From Lama guanicoe (taxonomy: Eukaryota), in contig MU053379.1 of assembly GCA_013239625.1 (NCBI GenBank), positions 754,490 through 814,489 on the forward strand: DNA of 60,000 bases, written 5' to 3'. The position numbers and the translations under genes are program-made. This document shows positions 13,630-23,479 of this stretch, one piece after another (the stretch's first letter is position 1; every line of letters begins with the position of its first letter). The notes under the pieces are model-generated. The model saw only the letters and a program-made list of their open reading frames with translations. It was not told where the DNA came from and did no database searches.

Positions 13630-13790
13630 CCCCCCAAGTGTGGGCCTGGGACCAACTGCACCAGCATCTCAGGGTTGCTGGTTAGAAATGCAGGACTTCA
13701 GACCCCGCCCGGAAGTACTGAGTCGGAGTCTTTATGCTAACAAGATCCCCGGAGATTCATCCCCACATTAGAGCTTGAGGGGCCCTGCAC
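13630..13790. mobile_element. MER5A-like MITE (degraded)
   Basis: gttagaaatgcaggact...tactgagtcggagtct...taacaagatccccggagattca. Confidence 0.6.
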
Positions 13791-15744
13791 GGAGTGGGCT
13801 GGGGGATCTCTGTGGAGTTGGGGGAGGGCCCACATCCACCCTGAGGGCCTCAAGATGGCTCTGCACACCAACCACGGGCAAACGGGGCCAAAATCCCACA
13901 GCACAGCCAGGAAGATGAAAAAGAAACTGCAAGAAGGTATGTTTCCATGTTTTCAGACTCTTCAGAGTTGAAGAAGAAAAAATTCACATTCAGGTGTCAC
14001 ATCGACCACACAGCACCCGGTGAGGCAGTGTCCGCACACAGTCCTGGCTGCCGGGCTATGTGGCTGGCGTGTGGCCCAGCACCCCGCACCGGCCTTTGCG
14101 ATTTTCTCCCTGTGATCTTGGCGTCACAGCTTCCTACCACCTGGGCTGATCAATACTAATTTTGGCCAGCTCTTATACTTTCTAGGTTTCGGTTTCTTTT
14201 TACTTTAATTCATCTAAACGTTACATTTTTAGAGGGGGCTAATAAGCAGATCCTTCCAAACCTGGCACACGCTGCCCAAGATCAGTGGCTGAACCTCTCT
14301 CCTCCCCTCACTGAAGTGCTCAGGTGCCACACAGTCTGCTTAGGACCACTCTCTTCCTGACCTGCTGGCCTGGAGCCAGCATCCTACCATAATTACAGCA
14401 GTTTGGGAATGCGTTCACACATCAGACAAAACCAGCCTTCCAAAAGGCACTTAAAAACCTCCTCAGTATTCTTGTTTATTTTCCCCTCGAGGTGGGACTT
14501 TCATTAAGCCCACTGAAATTTCAGCAGGAAGAACAGTAAGCTACTAAATTAACTTGGGGATGAAACTACAACATTTAGTCTTTTTCATCCTGAACCATGG
14601 TATTTCCTCTGTTCCACCGTCCTCTTATACCACCTCAGTCGAACTGCTTTGTGGGTTCATACAGGTTGTAAATTAGGTCTTCTGCTAACAAGGCTCTTTA
14701 TTACCTACAAATGGGGACAATTTTGCCTTCCTTTCTAATATTATCATCTGTTTCTGTTTCACACCTTATTTCAAATGTCTAAAGCCATACATGGTACTAA
14801 TGACCATAGGAAGTTCTAGTCTGAACACACTTGATGTGGGAGAGCCAGAAAACAGGCAGGGTCTCATTTCCACCCATCTTCTGTCTCAAACGCCCTTGTC
14901 CCTTGGTCAAATGGAACATCACCTTCAAAACAGGACAGTGGCTCAGTGTTTGGATTTTCAAAGGGCCCGAGAGGTTGATGTGACCGGTAAGGCAAGGCAG
15001 GCTGGTCCGTGAGCCTCGGTAGGAGCCCAAAGCCACTCACACGGGACAGGTCCCCTGACTGGGAGCAGAGTGCCGCCCGAGCAAATGTCCCCCGCAAAAG
15101 CTGGGGGGAGGAGGAAATGGAGAAAAAGTGAGACAGCTTCACACAGGGGCAAGAGAGGGAAACCCAGCTGCAAACACAGGGCCCTGTCCACCTGGCTCAG
15201 GTCCCAGGATTTCAGAGCCCCTAAGGTACCTCATCAAGATAAATACAATTAATTTCCCAAACCAACTAATAGCTAATATAAGAAAGAAAGAAATCAAGAG
15301 AGCACGTGAGCAATTGCACACAGAGTAAGAAGAGAGGAAAGAAGGAGGGCGGGAGGGAGGGAGGGAAAGCCTACTGTACCAAATGAATGATAACATGAAA
15401 CAGGAACTCACTGGCTTAATTTCTATAGCAATGAGCACCAAAAGATAACAGGAAATTCGTATTCTACATTATCTAATATGTGTCTGATCTATAATATCTA
15501 TTTTAATGTTCTAAGGCACTCCATTAAATAACTGGGGTGGCGGGTACCAAAGAGGGAAAACCGGGAGGCAGGGCTGTGGATGCCATCACTTCTTAGAAGC
15601 ATTATCCTACTGTTACTCACTCAACAAACACACAGAAAAGAACAACGCTATGCTAAAGCACTGGGTGAGGTGAGAACGCAGAACAGGCTGACCGAACGCA
15701 GCCATTCGTTTACCACTGCCAACACACGGAACTGTTCTACACCA

Positions 15745-16205
15745 TGTGGTGGATGGAGTCACTGCTCCGAATTCTTCTCTCTCTCCAACTCACACCTTCT
15801 CCCCATGTCGCTCTGCAGTCCCTCCTGCTGGAGGCAATGGACTTCCTGTCCCTTGACTTGGGCTCAGCCACGTGCCTTGCTTTGGCCAATAGGATGCTGG
15901 TTTGAAAAGTGCCCTTTGATAGTTCTGCCATAACCACGAGGAAGGCCTCTGCCCTCCAGACTCACTGATGCCTTGGCCCGGGCCCCAGAACGGACACACG
16001 TGGAGGAGACCAACACTCGACCTGCAGCGGGAGCCAAAACAATTAAACTGCAGTGTGGAGCAGAGCCACCTAGCCAGGAAAACCCAGATCAGGCAACCTC
16101 CAGCTGCGTCAACAGAAACAGGAGCGAGCATAAGTGACTGCTGCAGTAAACCACTGAATTCTGGGATGTTTGTTATGCAGCCTTGTTTTGGCAACATCTA
16201 ATACA
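15745..16205 (+). mobile_element. MLT1-type (ERVL-MaLR) solo LTR
   Basis: ccttgacttgggctcagccacgtgccttgctttggccaatagg...aaaccactgaattctgggatgtttgttatgcagc...ctaataca; TG...CA termini. Confidence 0.75.
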
Positions 16206-16294
16206 ACATACAGATGGCCTCCCCAAAGGGAATCCGTAAGTGTTTTAAAGATAGCTTTCCCCTCCAAGTTTATAAAGAAATCAGAGCCACTTAC

Positions 16295-18392
16295 CGGAAT
16301 CACCCTTCTTCTTTGACCCAGACTTCTTCTTTGCAGGAGCCTCTTGCTTTGGCGCCTCCTGGCTCTGGACCATATCTGCATTTTTGCCCTGGACAGGAGC
16401 TGAGTCTCCTTTTCTACTCTGATTGGCTGATGCATCCACCTTTTTGCCCTGGCTGGGGGACCCTTCTGCCTTTTTGCCCTGGTTCGACGTGATTTCTGCC
16501 TTTTTGCCTTGACTGGGGGCGCCTTCGGCTTTTTTCCCCTGGTTTGCAACACCATCTGCCTTTGTACCCTGATTAACAACCAAATCTGACTTTTTGCCCT
16601 GATTCTGGCCCCCCTCTGCTTTTCTGCCCTGGTTGGGAGCCCCCTCCGTCTTCTTGCCCTGGTTCTGGGTCCCTTCTGCCTTCTTGCCCTGATTGGGGCT
16701 TCCTTCTACCTTTTTGCCCTGGTTTGGGGTACCTTCCTCTTTTTTGCCCTGATTCTGGGCCCCCTCTGCCTTTTTGCCTTGATTCTGGGCCCCCTCTGCT
16801 TTTCTGCCCTGGTTAGAGGCCCCTTCTGATTTCTTGCCCTGGTTGGGGGCCCCTTCAGCCTTTTTGCCCTGATTGGAAGCCCCCTCTGACTTTTTGCCCT
16901 GATTCTGGGCGCTCTCTGCTTTCTTACCCTGGTTGGGGGTCCCCTCTGCCTTCTTGCCCTGGTTGGGGGTTCCCTCTGCCTTCTTGCCCTGGTTGGGGGT
17001 TCCCTCTCCCTTCTTGCTCTGGTTCTGGGCCCCATCTGCCTTCTTGCCCTGATTGGGGACCCCCTCTGCTTTCTTGTTCTGGTTCTGGGCCCCCTCTGCC
17101 TTCTTGCCTTGGTTGGGGGCCCCCTCTGCCTTCTTGCCCTGGTTCTGGGCTCCCTCTGCCTTCTTGCCTTGGTTGGGGGCCCCCTCTGCCTTCTTGCTCT
17201 GGTTCTGGGCCCCCTCTCCTTTCTTACCCTGGTTCTGAGCCCCCTCTGCCTTCTTGCTCTGGTTCTGGGCCCCCTCTCCTTTCTTACCCTGGTTCTGAGC
17301 CCCCTCTGCCTTCTTGCCCTGGTTCTGGGCCCCGTCTGCCTTTTTGCCCTGATTTTGGGCCCCTTCTGCTTTCTTACCCTGGTTCTGAGCCACCTCCGTC
17401 TTCTTGCCCTGGTTGGGGGCCCCTTCTGCCTTTTTACCCTGGTTCTGGGCCCCCTCTGCCTTCTTGCCCTGGTTCTGGGCCCCCTCTCCTTTTTTACCCT
17501 GGCTCTGAGCCCCCTCTGTCTTCTTGCCCTGATTGGGGGTTCCATCTGCCTTCTTGCCCTGGTTCTGGGCCCCCTCTGCCTTCTTGCCCTGGTTCTGGGC
17601 CCCCTCTGCCTTCTTGCCCTGGTTCTGGGCCCCCTCTGCCTTCTTGCCCTGATTTTGAGCCCCCTCTCCTTTCTTACCCTGGTTCTGAGCCCCCTCTGTC
17701 TTCTTGCCCTGGTTGGGGGTCCCATCTGCCTTCTTGCCCTGATTTTGGGCCCCCTCTGCCTTCTTGCCCTGATTTTGGGCCCCCTCTGCCTTCTTGCCCT
17801 GTGCAGTGCTGGTGGCTGGGGCACTGCCCTTGGCACCCACTGGGGACACAACCACCATAGGCACCTCCTTGGGAGCGGCTTCCAAGATGGCAGCCTTTGA
17901 GGCAAGAACCTGGATAGAATTGACCACAGAACTGACTGCTGGTTCCACCTTTGCCACTTTTTTTTCCTTTTTCTTTTTGTCCTTAGGGGAAGAAGCCAGC
18001 TTCTCTTGGGGCATGGCTGGTACCGTGGCCATGGGGGCAATGACCACAGGGGACGGGACTGAGGTTGGAGCCACGGCCACTGCCGGTGCCCGCACCGGGT
18101 CTTTGAGGAGGACAGTCATGTTGGGGGCTGGCTCATGGTCAGGTATCTTCCCATTGGGTTTCTCTTCCTTTTTCTTAGTCTTTCCTTTCTTCTCCACTGT
18201 TTTCTCCTTCTTTTTCTTCTCCACTTTCTGGTGGTGAGTTTTTGCCATCTCCTTGCGCTGGTTGGCTAGAGCTTCTTCATACGACGTCTCCTTCATGGAG
18301 AATGTCGACACCAGGAAGATGCCGATGGCAGAAACCACCATGAATCCACCAAAGACCACAACCCCCAAGGTCTGAGTGTCGTAAATATCCAT
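16295..18392 (-). CDS. RRBP1: RRBP1 (p180 ribosome receptor) first coding exon: N-terminal TM segment, Lys-rich region, 48 decapeptide repeats; exon spans 16295-18413 including 21 nt of 5'UTR
   Basis: Translation MDIYDTQTLGVVVFGGFMVVSAIGIFLVSTFSMKETSYEEALANQRKEMAKTHHQKVEKKKKEK... is the recognisable RRBP1 N-terminus. Acceptor ttgacag|GTG at 18414/18413, ATG at 18392 (CCAGGATGG), donor CCG|gtaagt at 16295/16294. Coding part is 2098 nt = 699 codons + 1 nt (phase 1). Confidence 0.98.
16365..17804 (-). repeat. Coding minisatellite: 48 x 30-bp units encoding NQGKKAEGAQ-like decapeptides
   Basis: Exact 30-bp period from unit 1 (AQGKKAEGAQ, starts 17804) to unit 48 (VQGKNADMVQ, starts 16394). No indels; the last about 8 units are degenerate. 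Confidence 0.98.
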
Positions 18393-21300
18393 CCTGGCTT
18401 GCTTTCCTTTCACCTGTCAAATACATACACGTCGATTACTCTTTGTAGACACCGAGGCATCTGACAGTTACCATCCCCAACACCTAACTTAATGGTTTCA
18501 CGACTTCTTCAGACTGGTAAGTCAAGGAAGAAACAAACCCAGGCAATCTCTGCTGTCACACATTCTCCCCGCCCCCTTCAGAAGCGAGCAATTCTTATAG
18601 AAGACATTAACATTAGTGCTGGAAAATACGAAGCCTGGGAGATGGCAGCACACAGCTCTATAATCAGGGCACTTAGCTTCCCGGAGACTCAGGCGCCAAT
18701 TCAAGGTGTCCCCACCGCAGGGGTCAAAGATGCACATGAGCACAAGCACAGGCCAAGTGTGAGACAACGGGGTAGTGAGGACTGTGGCAAAATGCCCCCT
18801 AAAGTAGGGGCAGGTGTCTCCCCACCACAGCTGACTGCTGTAGAAATCGGAGCACTGTGTTGAGAGATCTATTGCATTTTCACATTTGGACGGAATTTTT
18901 TTTTTCCTCCACATGAAGTTGACTAATTTAAAAAATACCAGGTGAGCCCACGCAAACACGGCTGCCGGCTGTCAGCCACACGCGCCCCGGCCAGCAGGCG
19001 CCCGGCAGGCCACCTTCCTCTGCCGGTTCCCTCCCCCTAGGCTGACAAACACAACCACCCAGGTCCAAGATGGGGACCTCTGCATCAGACTCCTGAAAAG
19101 TCACCACAACTCTGAGGAGGAAGACTGGCCTTCTGTCAGGGACAGCTCCAAAGAGCTCAGCAACCTGCCACTGACCGTTAGGAAACCTGGAATGTCAGTC
19201 TTGGGAAGCCAACCAAACAAGAGTCCAATCTGGAATTTCATGCCCAAGGGCTGCAAAGATGGAGGAGGGCAGTATCACCAGGCCCACTCCTCACCCCGGG
19301 GAGGGGACCCTTTGCCTGATGACACACTCTCAACCAAGAGGATGGACCACCCCTTCTCCTGGGGACCAAAGTCAGAGGGTCAGAGGCTGTGGGTTCACAC
19401 CTTCCCGCTGGTAGCTGGACTGAATTTGACTTCAGCGAGGACCTCCAAGAGGCTCGCTCCTTTGGATACATTCAACTTTTATCAACTACCTGTGATGCTA
19501 TCACCACATCCCAGTCCCTGGACTGCAGAGTGGGACCAGAGCCTCGCTCCCCTCAGGACCAGCAAAGGAACCAATGCACAGAATGCAAGCGAGAGGGGGC
19601 TGGGGTGTGGAGACAGAAAGGAGGAGGGGTGGACGCCCCCCAAATCCCTAGAGCAGTGGTAGACTGGGGCTGGGCTTCTCAGGGGCTTAGAAATTGAGAT
19701 TCCTCTTCCAGTAAGAGCGGGGGTTTCTGAACAACAATTGTGTAATCCAAATTTTGACCTTGGGGCATTTTAAAGAGATCTGACCTTAGGGCATTTTAAA
19801 GAGAAGAGAGATTATTTAAAGTTTCAGCATACTGTTCGAAGCAGAATCACTCTCCCTGCAGAACAAATGCACAATTTCGCCATCCCTTCCTTATATAACC
19901 CTCACAGGAAGCAGGCTGCACTCGCTTTCCATGATGGTCCCTGTAGCCGTGACACTTCCTCCTCCCAGACTGTCACCATGGGGCTATGGCTCCAAGTCAA
20001 ACTCTACCTGCCATCGTAATTGGTCCCAGGTGGGCTCGTGGCGCCTTCAGATCCTGTGGAGGGGGGGTGCTGACCTCTGGCTGTGGGTTCCCACAGTGTG
20101 ATCCCAGCCAGAGCCCCTCACGTGTGACAGGACAGGCTGTTCCAAATGAGCCTTCTCAGGCACACACTCATAAACTGAGAATGCAAAAGGCCTGGAGGGA
20201 GAGGTCCTGCAGGCCGGAGACCGGGGACAGAAAGGCTGGAAGCTTGGAGGGTCAAATGCCATTGCTTGGTGGGCGTCCACCAACTGAAAGTCAAAGTCCT
20301 CACAAGGACCTCTCAGAACTTCGCCAACGTGGACACGTTTCAGGTGCAGGAACAACATTATCATCACTATATCAACTCAAGTTAGGTGACAAAAATTCTT
20401 TCAAATGCCCCTTCTCCAGAGACAGTGCCACGCCAGGGGCCCGGGTCTCCCTGACTGAGCCCGAGTGGCGTCCCCAACGGGTTCTGGAGGGCAGGGTCCG
20501 TGGAGCCATAGGGTCACCAGCCCGCCATGCCAGGCACCTGGCCCCCACCGAGCACCGTGGGCTCTATGCAGCCGCGTGGTTTGGGCAGAGAAGCCACGGT
20601 TGGAAAGTCAGCCTTGACCCTCACTCAGGTTAGGCAAACATGGGATACAAAAAAATATTCTCCGCCGGGAGCGCAGAGTCGGGAAAAGCGAGCTGGGAGA
20701 GGGTTTGCCTCTGCTGCACACAGACCAATGTCTGATTCCATCACAGGCATGTCTTCCCAACTGTGCAGCGCGGGGCGCTCCAGAGAGAAACGACACCCCC
20801 GCCACTAGCTCCCGAGTGAAAAGAACTCTTTCACAGGAAGATGAAAAGCCCGAGCCTTGTGGCCACGCACCCACACAGTTGAGGCTCAGGCCGCGCCCCC
20901 GCGAGCAGACACCGAGGTGAAAGCCGCCTCCAGCTGCCCCGCGGCGTCGGCGCGAGCGGGCAGGACGTTGCAGGGGACGCCGCTCACAGGACGGCAAACC
21001 AGCGATGCCTCCAGCCCACCCTCACGGTCAGCCCTCCCGGTGCCTCACTTCTGAAACTCCCACCATCTTAAAAGGAACCCCAGCAGGAATCTCCCCCAGG
21101 GCTTCCCCCCCAGGGCCAGGCCTGGGCAGGCAAGGCGTCAGGCCCGACGAATGCCACCACATCCTGTGTGGGCCGACCACAGGGAACCTACGTTTGTCAG
21201 CCCCGGAAGCGTCTCTGAAATGTGTGTGTGTGTGCACTGCTGCCGGTCCCCTCGGCGTCCAGCAGGACGGGGAGGCCTGCCATGCAGGGAGCAGAGGCCG

Positions 21301-21915
21301 CCCGAGCTCGGGGACCGCTCCTGGGCTGCTCTGGCTGAAACCCACCAGCCCACCTCCAGGGTCCTGAGAGGAGGGTTTTCTTCTGCTCCTGGGGGTACGG
21401 ATTGGAGAACAAAAGTTAAGGGGAAGCCCCAAACACGGAACACATTTGCTAATTCAAGTGGCCTGACCAGTCCAGTCCAGTCTGACCAGTTCAGTCCAAC
21501 TTGGCAACTGGGATTTGGGTAGACTTTGTGAAGGGACCCTCAGCAGCACCCCTGGGGCGGGGTCTCATCGCTCCCCAGCTGCTCAACTGGGGCCACTGGT
21601 GGGAGCTCCGAAAAGCCATGGGCAGGGTTGGGAGGGGTGTCAAAGGGACCAAAGCTCCAGGTCCACTTCCTGGGCATCAGGTGATTACCAGGAAGGCACA
21701 AAACTAAAGCAGGATGAGGATAACCCAGAAATGAGAGCAGAGCTGCATCAAGACCACCACCTCCTAACTCCTATAAATATTAGGAAATACTCCAAATATA
21801 CAAAAGATTAAGAAAAGTATTGTGAACGTCCATTTACCCACCACACAGGTTTAGCAAATCCAAACATTTTACCACATTTACTTCAGAGAGATATATATAT
21901 AAAATATCTCATCTT

Positions 21916-22040
21916 GGGGGGAGGGTGTAGTTCAGTGGTAGAGCATGTGCTTATTTAGCACGTACGAGGTCTTGGGTTCAATCCCAGTACCTCCACTAAA
22001 AAAAAAAAAGCACACATACAGTAAAACACAGAAAGGACAA
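21916..22040 (+). mobile_element. tRNA-derived SINE, camelid Vic-1 type
   Basis: GGGGGAGGGTGTAGTTCAGTGGTAGAGCATGTGCTT...GGGTTCAATCCCAGTACCTCC followed by an A tail; A and B boxes present; flanked by the direct repeat ctcatctt (21908-21915 / 22047-22054). Confidence 0.85.
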
Positions 22041-22576
22041 TAAAAGCTCATCTTTCCTTCCAGAGAGAACACCCAGAACATGTCAGTTACCACGTCCACA
22101 CGTGCATGTGCTTACACTACAGACGTGTCTCCACAAAGCGCAGCACTGCTCTGACTGCTGGCACTGCTACGTGATGACACGGCTGCAAGTGTCACTGGGC
22201 AACATTTCATCCTCCAGGACACACCTACCACGGAACCAGCTGGTCCCAGGCGGGCTCGACTGTGCCACCAGGTGCTGCCAAAGTGCTCCCCAAATGGGCA
22301 GTGCCACAAAGGCCCTCCTCCCACCACGTCCTTGCAACAGCCCCTCCTGCGTGCAACCTAGGGACGCTGTCCCAACCAAATGAACGTGATGCTGTGCCTT
22401 CACGGTGACCAGCCCGTCATGTTTCTTTCACTGTTCCCTGTTCATATCCTTTGCCCATTTCTTATGGACTGTCTTTTCCTCTGATTTGTAGGTGTTCTTT
22501 GTAGTAGTTTGGATATTAACCATTTGCTGTTTTAGAAGTACTGAAGTCTGTGGTTTCTCTTTCAAACAGTTTTTTT

Positions 22577-22729
22577 AAAATTATTTTATTTATTTTGTTT
22601 GTGATTTGTGTATGTTGGGGGGTAATTAGCTTTATTTAGTTAGTTATTTTAATGGACGTACTGGGGATTGAATGCAGGAGCTCGCGCATGCTAAACATGC
22701 ACACTGACCACTGAGCATACCCTCCCCCC
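22577..22729 (-). mobile_element. tRNA-derived SINE, camelid Vic-1 type
   Basis: Reverse complement reads GGGGGAGGGTATGCTCAGTGGTCAGTGTGCATGTTTAGCATGCGCGAG...TTCAATCCCCAGTACGTCC...CTAATTACCCCCC plus an A-rich tail. Degenerate TSD ctctttcaaacagttttt / ctcttcatccagttttt. Confidence 0.85.
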
Positions 22730-23479
22730 TCTTCATCCAGTTTTTGACACTATCAATCATACTACTAATGTAGTCCAATTTATGAATATATGCCTTTAAG
22801 GTTTGTTATTCTTGTTTCATAGCTACTGCCCCAGAATCCAAGAGAATCTGTTTCCTTTTTCTTTTTTTTTTTTTAAGGAAGTAACTACTGTTATCCTTTA
22901 AATTTAAGTAATTATTCAGTTGTGTTGGAGAGAGGCAATACATTCCTATGGGTCAAAATTCAAAAGGAACAAAGTGGTTGATACAGATTGAAAATCTCCT
23001 TTACCCCCCGGACCCCAGCTGCCCAGATTCCAATCACTGGGAGAGAAGTGATTTTACTGTTTTATTTTCTTCTACAAACTTCCCAAGGCTTCTCACAGTT
23101 AGGTTTTCAATCACCTGGGATTGCCTCTGGCATATGACAGGAAACACTGTCAACGTCTCCCCACCACGCTAATTGCCCAGCACCCCTCCCTGACTGGTCT
23201 GTCCCCTCAGCCCGGCCTCTGTCCCATCAGGTTTAAAACACACGTGGATCCGTCACTGGACTCACGCTTGGTTCCACCCACATATTTATCTATGCCCTGC
23301 ATCAATGCCTCCAAAAATTCTACTGGAATTTGAGACACACTGAAGTTACAGATGAACGTGGGAGAGCAGACCCTGGACACTCTGGGAGCCGTCGATGAAC
23401 GGAGTGTACAGCTCTCCATCTGTTTAAACGCTCTTTCATCCTTACAGATAGCTTTTATGATCTCTATCCACGTCTCACA

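Noticed and set aside
16365..17804. Regular 30-bp array superficially like a CRISPR array
   Set aside because: No unique spacers; it is the in-frame coding repeat of mammalian RRBP1.
17109..17900. 263-aa hydrophobic antisense ORF (LCLLALVLGP)n
   Set aside because: It is the reverse-complement shadow of the repeat, with no independent evidence of a gene.
18393..18413. ORF-track start MKGKQAR
   Set aside because: The GTG is the first codon after the splice acceptor; the recognised protein starts at ATG 18392.
21916..21995. Possible tRNA gene
   Set aside because: Degenerate cloverleaf, A tail and target-site duplication indicate a SINE.
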